Both the position numbers and the translations under genes were made by a program. The notes beneath the pieces are model-generated. The model was not told where the DNA came from and did not search any database. It saw only the letters and a program-made list of their open reading frames with translations. A DNA stretch of 64,000 bases from Synechococcus sp. GTDB lineage: Bacteria > Cyanobacteriota > Cyanobacteriia > PCC-6307 > Cyanobiaceae. Positions 30,419-40,852 of this stretch are shown here, in pieces. Each line of letters opens with the position of its first letter. Positions within the stretch are counted from its first letter, which is position 1. The stretch covers positions 2,048,136 through 2,112,135 of the forward strand of contig JBJBDC010000001.1 of NCBI GenBank assembly GCA_047285535.1, given 5' to 3'.

Positions 30419-31330
30419 TTGGTCACATCCATCCCGACTGACGCCAGCACCAAACGCGAGTTGCGCATACGCGCAGCCGTGATGGCACCGCGTCAGACAC
30501 TTCCCTCTCAACAGCGTCGCTTCAAGGGAGGAACGACCGGATTCATGGTTGTGATCCATGTCCTGGCGACGGTCGCCTTGCTTCCACGCTTTTGGAGCTG
30601 GCAAGGCCTGGTCGCTTTTGGCGTTTTGTACTGGATGACGGTGATCGGCGTCACCCTGGGCCTGCATCGGCTGGTCGCCCACCGCAGCTTTGCCGTACCC
30701 GGCTGGCTCGAACGCATCCTCGTACTCATGGGCAGCCTGGCCGCCCAGAGCGGACCGATCGATTGGGTTGCCCTGCATCGTCACCACCATCGTTTTTCGG
30801 ATCAACCCAACGACCATCACGATGCGGGCCGGGGGTTGTGGTGGAGTCACAGCGAATGGATGCTCCATGACATTCCCGCGTTAAGGGAGAAGCATCGTTT
30901 CGCAGGCGATCTGCTGAACGATCGTTTTTACGTCTGGCTCGATCGCTGGTTCCTCTTGCTCCAAATCCCCCTGGGTCTTGCCTTGTATTGGTATGGAGAA
31001 GCAGCAGGCGTGCACGGTGGTGGTGTCGGCCTGGTTCTGTGGGCCATCCCTCTTCGGCTTGTCGTCGTTTACCACGTGACTTGGTTGGTGAATTCTGCAA
31101 CCCACGCTTTTGGATACCGGAACTTCAACAGCCCGGATTTGTCTCGTAATTGTTGGTGGGTTGCCGTGCTCTCCTTTGGCGAGGGCTGGCATAACAATCA
31201 TCATGCTTATCCCGATAGCGCCCGCCACGGCCTGCGTTGGTTCGAATTCGACATCACCTGGATGCACATTCGCCTGCTCCAGCGACTCGGACTCACGCGG
31301 AGGATTCGTCAAGCGCGCTACTCGGGCTGA
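30419..31330 (+). CDS. desC: Delta-9 acyl-lipid desaturase, paralog 1
   Basis: His boxes HRLVAH, HRHHH, HNNHH; GEGWHNNHH. AAGGAG RBS before TTG. Confidence 0.9.
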   Translation: MVTSIPTDASTKRELRIRAAVMAPRQTLPSQQRRFKGGTTGFMVVIHVLATVALLPRFWSWQGLVAFGVLYWMTVIGVTLGLHRLVAHRSFAVPGWLERILVLMGSLAAQSGPIDWVALHRHHHRFSDQPNDHHDAGRGLWWSHSEWMLHDIPALREKHRFAGDLLNDRFYVWLDRWFLLLQIPLGLALYWYGEAAGVHGGGVGLVLWAIPLRLVVVYHVTWLVNSATHAFGYRNFNSPDLSRNCWWVAVLSFGEGWHNNHHAYPDSARHGLRWFEFDITWMHIRLLQRLGLTRRIRQARYSG

Positions 31331-32070
31331 TGGCCCCTTGATGTCAGGGACGGGATACGGCTGCGCAATGCCTCAAGGAATGTTGCGGGAGTCTCCCCGT
31401 CTTGACCGTTCAGAGCGAGATGGGTGGCATGGAGGTCTAGGAATTCTCCATCAAGCTCATCAGCTGAGTAGTCGCGCAGCCCGGCCATGACCGCAGCAAA
31501 ACGTTCGCGACGTTGCGACTTACCAACCGGATAAGCCGTCATGACCTGGTCCCGACATTGACGCCACGACCGTCCGGCACAGAGGGTATCGGCTAGTGCA
31601 GCACTCAAACCAGCCGCTTCTCCTTCATGAATGCGCCAATCAAAACCTGGCGGCAAAGGGGCTAACCCAACAAAGATCTCTAACAACTCTCCAGCTCCGA
31701 GCGGGTTGCCGTTGGCGCTCACAACAGGAACAGCACTGCCTTCAAGCACCTTGAGAAGATCAGGATGAACCTCGGCCAAATGCTCCTGAATCGACTCCAA
31801 ACCACCATCAAGGATGGCATTGGCTTGACCTAGCGCCAGGAAAACCTCTGGACCTGGAGAAGCGAGCTTGCCATTGCGCAAGTTGGAGATTTGGGAGTTG
31901 TGCACCCGCCCGAGATCCAGGGCGTCCGCGAGGGCGGGCAACACCTTGTGCGACCAGCCATTGCGCTCATGCCACACATGAATCAAATGGGCCATCGCCC
32001 GACGCCCCTCGTCAAGCCGGTCCCTGTAACCCTTGGTCACATGATCAGAAACGGTGCCTCCTTTACTCAC
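31318..32070 (-). CDS. Hypothetical protein with an N-terminal XRE/HTH-like segment
   Basis: NGWSH...LADAL...HNSQISNLRNGKL resembles an XRE recognition helix. Lies between the two desaturases. Confidence 0.6.
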   Translation of the reverse strand: MSKGGTVSDHVTKGYRDRLDEGRRAMAHLIHVWHERNGWSHKVLPALADALDLGRVHNSQISNLRNGKLASPGPEVFLALGQANAILDGGLESIQEHLAEVHPDLLKVLEGSAVPVVSANGNPLGAGELLEIFVGLAPLPPGFDWRIHEGEAAGLSAALADTLCAGRSWRQCRDQVMTAYPVGKSQRRERFAAVMAGLRDYSADELDGEFLDLHATHLALNGQDGETPATFLEALRSRIPSLTSRGHQPE

Positions 32071-32121
32071 TTGATACGGATCCTTATTAGGTGTAGAATG
32101 CAGACATCAATCAGATTAGTA

Positions 32122-33054
<933 letters not shown>

Positions 33055-33096
33055 GCTGCACAATCGCTTTTCATCGTTGTCCGTTTCTAAATCGCC

Positions 33097-33555
33097 ATGG
33101 CCAAGCGTGTACAAGTGGTACTCAATGAGGACATCCTCAGCCTGGGCCGCAACGGCGATTTAGTGGACGTTGCTCCCGGATACGCCCGCAACTTCCTGCT
33201 TCCCTTTGGCAAGGCTGTTCCAGTCACACCCGCAGTGATGAAGCAGGTCGAACACCGCAGGGCCAAAGAGGCAGAGCGCCAGGCCAAACTCAAGCAAGAT
33301 GCTGTGGCCTTCCGCACCGCTCTGGATACGATCGGACGTTTCACTGTCAAGAAACAGACAGGCGGAGACGACGTTTTATTTGGAACCGTCACCAACGGCG
33401 ATGTCGCCGAAGCCATCGAATCAGCAACGAAGAAAGAAGTGGATCGTCGGGACATCACCGTTCCCGACATTCACCGCACCGGCTCGTACAAGGTGCAGGT
33501 GAAACTCCACAGTGAAGTCACAGCAGAAATCAATCTCGAAGTGGTCAGCTATTAA
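33097..33555 (+). CDS. rplI: 50S ribosomal protein L9
   Basis: [25 protein letters not shown]. Confidence 0.98.
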   Translation: MAKRVQVVLNEDILSLGRNGDLVDVAPGYARNFLLPFGKAVPVTPAVMKQVEHRRAKEAERQAKLKQDAVAFRTALDTIGRFTVKKQTGGDDVLFGTVTNGDVAEAIESATKKEVDRRDITVPDIHRTGSYKVQVKLHSEVTAEINLEVVSY

Positions 33556-33609
33556 TTGACGCCATAGCCCTCTCGGCGAGTCAGAGTGTGATGACCAACT
33601 GCCTTACCT

Positions 33610-35031
33610 ATGGCCATGGTGAGTGTCTCTCAACCTGATCAAAGCGAACAGGATGGTGGGCGACAGCGGAGCTATGGCCAAGAGCGCCAACGCGATCAGC
33701 CTCAGTTCGAGGCCTTACCAGACTCACTTCCGCCCCAAAATTTGGAAGCAGAAGAGGCCGTATTGGGTGGAATTCTGCTCGACCCAGACGCCATTGGCCG
33801 CGTGGCGGACGTGCTTCAACCCGATGCCTTCTATTTAGGAGCGCACAAGGAGATCTATCGCACAGCGGTCATGCTCCACAGCCAGGGCAAACCCACTGAC
33901 CTCACGGCAATGACCGCCTGGCTTGCAGACACTGGCTCCCTCGACAAAGTCGGAGGTAGCAATCGCTTGGTGGAGCTGGTGGAACGCGTGGCCTCCACCG
34001 CTTCCATCGAACAGGTGGCCAGGCTGGTGATGGACAAGTTCCTGAGACGCCAGCTGATTCGCTCGGGCAATGAAGTGATTCAGCTGGGTTTTGACCAGGG
34101 CCTACCGATGGAGCAGGTGCTGGATCAGGCCGAACAGAAAATTTTCGCGATTAGCCAGGAAAAGCCCTCCAAAGGGCTCACTCCCACGGCAGAAATCCTT
34201 ACCAGCACCTTCAACGAGATCGAGAGTCGATCCCTTGGCACGTCCGTGGCTGGCATTCCGGTGAATTTCTATGACCTGGATGCGATGACCCAAGGCCTGC
34301 AGCGCAGTGACCTCATCATTGTGGCCGGCCGACCGGCCATGGGCAAAACCTCGATTGTGCTCAACCTGTCCAAGAACGTGGCTCAATTGCACAACCTTCC
34401 GGTGTGTGTGTTCAGCCTGGAAATGAGTAAAGAACAGCTCACCTACCGATTGCTTTCGATGGAGGTCGGTATAGAAGCAGGGCGTCTGCGCACGGGCCGA
34501 CTTCAACAGGATGAATGGCCCCTTCTAGGCCAAGGCATCAACACCCTTGGCCAATTACCGATCTATATCGATGACAAACCCAACTCCGGCGTACTTGAAA
34601 TGCGATCGCTGTGTCGGCGACTGATGGCCGAGCAAGGCCAAGAACTTGGGCTGGTCGTCATCGATTACCTGCAGCTGATGGAAGGCTCCAGTCCAGACAA
34701 TCGCGTGCAAGAAATCTCTCGCATTACCCGAGGGCTGAAGGGCATGGCCCGAGAGCTGAACGTGCCAGTGATCGCACTGTCGCAGCTCAGTCGGGGCGTG
34801 GAATCACGCACCAACAAGCGCCCAATGCTCAGCGACCTCAGGGAATCAGGCTCGATCGAGCAGGATGCCGATTTAGTTCTGATGATTTACCGCGATGAGT
34901 ATTACAACCCGGAAACTCCTGATCGGGGCATTACGGAAGTGATCGTGACTAAGCATCGCAACGGCCCCGTGGGAACGGTCAAGCTGCTGTTCGAGCCCCA
35001 GTTCACTCGCTTCCGCAACCTGGCCGCATAG
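33610..35031 (+). CDS. dnaB: Replicative DNA helicase
   Basis: PPQNLEAEEAVLG, AGRPAMGKT, IDYLQL, LSQLSRGVE, SDLRESGSIEQDAD. No intein (473 aa). Confidence 0.98.
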   Translation: MAMVSVSQPDQSEQDGGRQRSYGQERQRDQPQFEALPDSLPPQNLEAEEAVLGGILLDPDAIGRVADVLQPDAFYLGAHKEIYRTAVMLHSQGKPTDLTAMTAWLADTGSLDKVGGSNRLVELVERVASTASIEQVARLVMDKFLRRQLIRSGNEVIQLGFDQGLPMEQVLDQAEQKIFAISQEKPSKGLTPTAEILTSTFNEIESRSLGTSVAGIPVNFYDLDAMTQGLQRSDLIIVAGRPAMGKTSIVLNLSKNVAQLHNLPVCVFSLEMSKEQLTYRLLSMEVGIEAGRLRTGRLQQDEWPLLGQGINTLGQLPIYIDDKPNSGVLEMRSLCRRLMAEQGQELGLVVIDYLQLMEGSSPDNRVQEISRITRGLKGMARELNVPVIALSQLSRGVESRTNKRPMLSDLRESGSIEQDADLVLMIYRDEYYNPETPDRGITEVIVTKHRNGPVGTVKLLFEPQFTRFRNLAA

Positions 35032-36872
35032 AGCCAAACCAATTGAGAATCAGCGCAACCATCAAAGTCGTTCCAAAAAGAAACCATTGAAGGACGAAAT
35101 AGTCGCCATCAATATCACCACATTGCCTGATTCGACAGACAAAAGAATGCATGCATTCAAGCGAAAATGATAAGATTAATAATCCCGACAAGACAACCAA
35201 GCAAAGAACAAGATCACAGCCAAAACAATCAAATGCAAGACTAATGATAGAGAATTAACAAAAATACTCCTCCACAACCATTGCCAAAACTGCTTTCTCT
35301 CATCTAAAGGACCATCTGAACACCGGCAGTCATCCAACGAGCATCAAGCAAGCCCTTAAGCATCGAGGCTATTTTGTATAGGAAAAACAAAGGGAAGACA
35401 CCCAAGACGCATGCAGGAAGGTCGACGCAACCCTTGAATTGGAGCACATAATCATTCGCGAATAAAGTCGAATATTGAAAGGCAAAGGCTATGCCCACGA
35501 CACACATCGAATAATCAAGCCAATAAAGATAGAACGAGAGAAACTAAGCTCAACTCAACTGATCAACAAAGTCTATCAATCAAACCAAATCTGCAAGCTT
35601 GAAAGGACTACAGTCGTTTCAATTAGCCCACAGATAGTCAATGGGCACTCAACCAAATAGACACAAAGATCCATCACCTTGTCAAAACTGATTACAATCC
35701 TGGAACCAGGAATGGCTTTTTCGCAACATCACATCCAAGCAAATCCAACAGCCTAGAAGCAAAGCGTAAGGCCAATGAAATAGACAATAGCGACGATAAT
35801 CAAGGCAATATTGCAATAACAAGCGAGCAAAGTATAGGAGAAAGATCCAAGCGAACACAGGCAAGAGGCGCAAAAATATCAGCCAAAACCACTAAATTGA
35901 GTGACTTGCTATCACCGATAACAAGAACTGACGTCCAATATATGATTATTGGGCCTCGATTCCTGCGCAATGTTGCCTTCGGGATCTAAATTCTCCGAAG
36001 GCAAAGCTAGCGCAAGGCCTAAGATGCATTTCGTAACATCAGGACTGGGTACTTCAAGTGGCCCAAACGAAACCTGTGCCTTGTCACCCGAGAAAGCAGG
36101 CGCCAAAGAAAGGCAGATTACAAAAAAACCTGCCGCTAAAAATAGGAGTGCATGCTTAATTTCAAATTCCCTAGCACTAAGTCAGCATATCTAATTCAAT
36201 CATCTGTGCAATATATGGCAATAAAAAACGAGATGGACCAGCAACTGGTTCATGCGTACCTAAGCCAGCCACCTACAAGCCAGATCCAGACTCATGAATC
36301 TACAGATGAGACACAAGAATAACCGCCAAGCGAGCTGAATGCATCAATAAATGCTTGATTCGGCCTCTCTGCCGCTGGGTTCTCACACAATCCAAAGACC
36401 AAGCAACAAGCTTTTAAACACTCGCCTCAATATTTCTTGTGCAACATTTTTCTCCGCAAAGAGGTCTTTCAAGATGACAGATAGGATTGATCCAAAGAAT
36501 TTCAAATTATCGGAATCAGTTGCAAAAGAGCTCCCAGGGAAGGGGCGAGGAATGGAAGAGCCTAGGTAAGCCTCAATGCATGAAATAGTCTATCCGCGCA
36601 AAAACAAGATATAAACCAACTACTGATGGATTGATAATCCAAAAAATGTCAGACCTTTGAAATTGTCAAGCCAATTAGCAACAATCTTTTAGAATTAGCC
36701 GTTGATTAGTATATATTAAAATCGAAAATCACTAAAGCCTCGGATCAAACCGTGGTCGACTCAGGATTCTCTCACCTAAGCTTAAGCCAGAGCTCAGAGA
36801 AATCAACCACAAACTTCAGCTATCTTTGAATGAGGAATCAAAGAGGCAACAGCAACACCTTCTTTTATTTAA

Positions 36873-37499
36873 ATGTTGACCATGTTGATCAAGTTCATTA
36901 CCAAAAAGCGCTTAAGCGCAAAAACTGCGAAGGCTTTACCAGTAGCAGCCCTGCTACTTGGCCTTTCAGCCCATAGTCCATTAGCGGAGGCTGCTTCGAG
37001 AACAAAAACTGGAAAAATTAACCCTGGGACAGTCAATACTTTTATTAAGTATAGAGCTCCTAAGCAGGATGTCTCTTGCACTCTTGAGGCATCGGATGGT
37101 CAAATGGCATATTATGCTGCTGACACTGGTCCGGCTTCCTATATCAGCTCAGCAAGAAGAAACGATTTAGGAGTTGCTGTTACTGAGATTGGAAATAACC
37201 CCAGATCAGCGGGCCGATTGATTGCTTATGCCACTGCACCCGCAAATACGTGGCAAGTATCATTTGCAAAACCAACATTAGATCCCAACAATTCAGACGT
37301 ACAATCTCTTAGACTAAAAGTAGGTGGAGCTGTTGTACAAAATTGGACACAAGCTGCTCTAACAACTAGAAATATGAATGTACCTCCGAATCAGCGGACC
37401 AATTTCGCAGTCGACGTAAGGTTTAGAAAAAATAATGGCTTTTTCCCGAAAAGTGTTTACAATGCGAGGGTAGATGTAGAATGCTTAGCTAAACCTTAG
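36873..37499 (+). CDS. Secreted beta-rich protein, putative pilin-like major subunit
   Basis: Signal peptide (ALPVAALLLGLSAHSPLAEA). Two Cys (SCTL, VECL). C-terminal strand FP.SVYNARVDVECL. Confidence 0.65.
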   Translation: MLTMLIKFITKKRLSAKTAKALPVAALLLGLSAHSPLAEAASRTKTGKINPGTVNTFIKYRAPKQDVSCTLEASDGQMAYYAADTGPASYISSARRNDLGVAVTEIGNNPRSAGRLIAYATAPANTWQVSFAKPTLDPNNSDVQSLRLKVGGAVVQNWTQAALTTRNMNVPPNQRTNFAVDVRFRKNNGFFPKSVYNARVDVECLAKP

Positions 37500-37549
37500 T
37501 CAATTCGCTCCTTGCCGCAAAATATAGCCTTAGCTAACTCAATTTGAAC

Positions 37550-37588
37550 ATCGGGAAACGAATACTGAATTCTTTCCCGATATTTTAT
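37550..37588 (+). terminator. Stem-loop/terminator after the first islet gene
   Basis: ATCGGGAAA (37550-37558) pairs with TTTCCCGAT (37573-37581), followed by ATTTTATT. Confidence 0.6.
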
Positions 37589-37656
37589 TAGATAAAGACT
37601 TATTTAGTGCTATAGATTAATGAAAGAGCAAAGGAGCCTAATGCTATATTAGGAAA

Positions 37657-38385
37657 ATGGATTTTCTGAAAAGAGCCAATCTAAAACCAGACATCACGGA
37701 AGTCTTTATACCTCCCAGTAAGCGAACGAATGTTTTCTGGGTTCAAGCCAAAATAGCAACGCTTTCTTTATCGACCTTTGCATTGCTCACTCCAAGCGCC
37801 CATACATTAAGCCTTTACCCTGATCAGCTAAAATCAGCATCTGAGCAGTTCAACGTGGTCAATACGTCAAGCAAAGTTAGAAAGATCACAGTGGCAGAAG
37901 ATCCTGCGAGAAGAATAACCCAGAATGTTGAAACAATAGGGATTACTCAAAATAAGGAACTCAATCAGGCCAAATCTTGTACTCTAGAAACAAAAGATGG
38001 TGAGATGACTTACTACGTTGCAAAATCTGGCAACATTTCATATATAAGCTCAGCAAAAAAAGCAGAAGTAGCTCCCGATGTTGTTGTAATAGGTTTGAAC
38101 TCAATCAAACCAGGTACAGTTATCGTTTCAGCGAATGCTCCTCAAGGTTCGTGGAAGGTGTCTATGGCAGAGCCAACACTATTACCTGATGTTGGTAATC
38201 AAAACCATCTTAGAGTCACAAGGGGTGATTGGGATTCGGACTGGAAAAATAATGTATCACGTGTACCCCAAGTAGCCCCCAATCAAAAGGCAAAATTCAA
38301 TATCAACGTTAGGTTTAAATTGGCTGGTCTTTTCCCTGCAAATGTTTATAGATCAATGGTTCTTGTAGAGTGCTTGGCAGTTTAA
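37657..38385 (+). CDS. Secreted chimeric protein: N-part paralogous to 38924..39421, C-part paralogous to 36873..37499
   Basis: By-eye alignment (see findings). Signal-like segment ending PSAHT-LSL. Confidence 0.7.
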   Translation: MDFLKRANLKPDITEVFIPPSKRTNVFWVQAKIATLSLSTFALLTPSAHTLSLYPDQLKSASEQFNVVNTSSKVRKITVAEDPARRITQNVETIGITQNKELNQAKSCTLETKDGEMTYYVAKSGNISYISSAKKAEVAPDVVVIGLNSIKPGTVIVSANAPQGSWKVSMAEPTLLPDVGNQNHLRVTRGDWDSDWKNNVSRVPQVAPNQKAKFNINVRFKLAGLFPANVYRSMVLVECLAV

Positions 38386-38923
38386 GACAGCTGCAAAACC
38401 ACAAAACCAAAATAATAATGAAAATTGAAAATATTCAAATGATATGACTCCAAATTTTTAGACATATTTGGGATGAAATTGAATGACCATAAATCCCCTG
38501 CTCCAGCAGAGCCCTAGGTTCTAGGGTTTAAGCGCCTTCTCACAGAACCTTCACTGAAAGAACAGATTGCTTAGTCACTCAGCAAGGGACAATAATATAA
38601 TTCTTCTTCCGTCATCTTTCATGTTGAGAGTGCCTTCAACCGTTCCATCCGAGCAAAGGCTCCATACATACCTTGCCAAAAGTCTTGATCAGAACGTGGT
38701 TTAGCAGTGGGAGGAGAAGGACAGAGTCTCAATAAAAATGCTAAGACGATCAGCTTCAAAGCAGGCCTCAGTCGTCACCGAAGGGCATTGCTTTGATCGA
38801 TTTTTAACTACTTTGTTCGATATACGTCGTCCTTGAGCTGCGGTGGTTCATGGCGGGAGCCTTATTCAAACTGAAGTTGCATCACTCTACTTGCAAATAT
38901 CAAGTATCAGCAGGAGGCTATTA

Positions 38924-39421
38924 ATGTTTAATTTAAACCATGAGAAATTTTTAAAGAAGCGCGGCCAGAGACTCAGTCGATTACAAATATTTCAAACATC
39001 GGAAAATTGGCGGAACCCGATCTTAATTCAAGTAAAAATAGCAATATTAACTTTATATGGCCTATCAATCATTCCCACAAGTGCCAACGCGCTGAGCCTT
39101 TCACCTCTCAATTTAGAATCAGCGTATGGACAATTACGAGTAGTCAACACTTCAGACAGACTTAGAAGGATAAAAATGACAGTCTATTCAGCGAAAATAA
39201 CGAATCAAGAGAGCAGTATTATAAGACCAGCATTAAATAAAGCAAGGATGAAAAATGAAGCCGAAATAAGCCCGAGCGTAGTTAGAGTATCTGGTAATTC
39301 CGCAAGATTTGTCAATTATTCAATTAGGAATGCCAAGGAGAATTATTATTTATGCGCTGAAACGTTAGCCAGCGCACAGTACAGGCTAAGAGTTTGTGCC
39401 TTATGGTTTGGGGGCAAATAG
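38924..39421 (+). CDS. Secreted protein, PapD-N/fimbrial chaperone-like single domain
   Basis: AGGAGG RBS before ATG 38924. Signal ending SANA. LSLSP...QLRVVNTS...ISPSVVRVSGNSARFV pattern. C-terminal Cys pair (YLC...RVC). Confidence 0.6.
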   Translation: MFNLNHEKFLKKRGQRLSRLQIFQTSENWRNPILIQVKIAILTLYGLSIIPTSANALSLSPLNLESAYGQLRVVNTSDRLRRIKMTVYSAKITNQESSIIRPALNKARMKNEAEISPSVVRVSGNSARFVNYSIRNAKENYYLCAETLASAQYRLRVCALWFGGK

Positions 39422-39699
39422 GTTTATGAAAAAACTGCGCCCTAAGAGCACGCATAGAGCGGCCATCACCACTCTTCATCGAAAATCCCAATTCTGAATG
39501 CTAAAACCCATTATGCACGCCTCATTTTAGCCTAAAAGGTGTTGTAAGCATGTAGACTAACGCCTCAATACAATTGAGTCTTTAATTTGAATGGTGGGTG
39601 CCAAGTATTAAATGTATACTTATCTGTGTATTCAGATCAGTTCTGAGGCATTGAAATCTCAGATTTATACTATACCCTCAAAATTTACTCACAAAAAAA

Positions 39700-40299
39700 A
39701 TGAACCTTTGTCCCTCCAAGCCATGTCCTAAAAAGAGATTATTTTTTAGACGTTGGCGCCACTCAAGAATTTTTTTGATAGCAATCGTAAGTGGTTGCCT
39801 TGGAGACACGATTTCTAGTGCCAATGCCCAAATTTTTCTAAGCCCACAAAGCACTTCCGCTACACGATCAAGCGCTACAATTGATATTGACAATACACGT
39901 TGCTCTTCTTCTGGAGGCAGTGTTCCTTCATTATCATTATCATTTGGCGCGGATCCCTACGCAGTTAATTATTTTAATGATTTTGATCCAGTAAATACCA
40001 CCACTGCAAGCTCACCATTCCTAGGGATGGTCAGCATCAATATTCCCCTTAAAAGGACAAATCAGCATTTTAATTGCAATGAGCTTCATGATCTTGCTGT
40101 AAGGAGGTCAAAACTCGCAAGCTTGCGAGAGATGGTTGATGAACAAATCATTACGGAAGATCAATACACTACAGCAGTGCAAAATCTCTACAAAAATCTA
40201 CTCTATGGCGACGGTGATTCAGCAGATTCAGACAGTCGTATTGAGCAAGCAACCGAGGAATTAAAAATCGAAAGAGATAATGCTCTTAAGATCAACTAA
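39700..40299 (+). CDS. Secreted hypothetical protein with a beta-hairpin and a SHOCT-like C-terminus
   Basis: Signal ending SANA. Cys pair (TRCS, NCNE) flanking strands SLSLSFG and FLGMVSINIPL. LASLREMVDEQIITEDQY. Confidence 0.6.
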   Translation: MNLCPSKPCPKKRLFFRRWRHSRIFLIAIVSGCLGDTISSANAQIFLSPQSTSATRSSATIDIDNTRCSSSGGSVPSLSLSFGADPYAVNYFNDFDPVNTTTASSPFLGMVSINIPLKRTNQHFNCNELHDLAVRRSKLASLREMVDEQIITEDQYTTAVQNLYKNLLYGDGDSADSDSRIEQATEELKIERDNALKIN

Positions 40300-40852
40300 T
40301 TTGTATCCACAAGCGCATAGAACACTTGTTGTTTTTAAATAGCTCCAAAGCAATAAATACATGCACTTTGAAAAATAACCTTTTAAATTATTACAATTTA
40401 GCAAAAGTCCTTGTTTGGGCTGTCTGCTAATTGCCCCTCCCACAAAAACTTCACAGGCATGCCCTTTTTAATAAATCAGATAAAGAAGAAATTACCATCA
40501 AAGCCTTAATTAACCGCAGAGGCTTTTGCCACTTCGCGCAAGAACTGGTTTAGAAAATTTTTATTCCGCTCAGTAAGCAGATTCCGCATAAAACTAACAA
40601 CAGCCGCGCATTGATTTTCGCAATCATAGAGTACAAATGCTATCAACACTGCAATGTTTTCGTGCTCTTTTTCCTCAAAAAACCATCAAAACATAGTATC
40701 AATTGATCAAAACACAATTGCCAATCGACACTCTGTTGGCAAACAAATTCCCTGCTTATTGAACAATCTTATGCAGCAGTAGCTTTCTGCTGGCAGCACG
40801 GCCGTAAACCAATCAATAGCAGCAACTCCATCTGAAGACATACATTAAAAGC

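Larger units (their letters stand above)
35032..40852. other. AT-rich genomic islet between dnaB and mnmG
   Basis: Abrupt GC drop after the dnaB stop (spot count 39001-39060: 19/60 G+C), low coding density, recovery at mnmG. No integrase seen. Confidence 0.85.

Noticed and set aside
31891..32121. N-terminal extension of the second desaturase in the ORF track
   Set aside because: Overlaps the divergent gene head-to-head; ATG 32122 gives a normal desaturase length.
36351..36569. 72-aa ORF in the islet leader
   Set aside because: No RBS, motif or paralogy to support it.
35032..40852. Prophage or IS origin for the islet
   Set aside because: No integrase, transposase, terminal inverted repeats, tRNA or virion genes visible.
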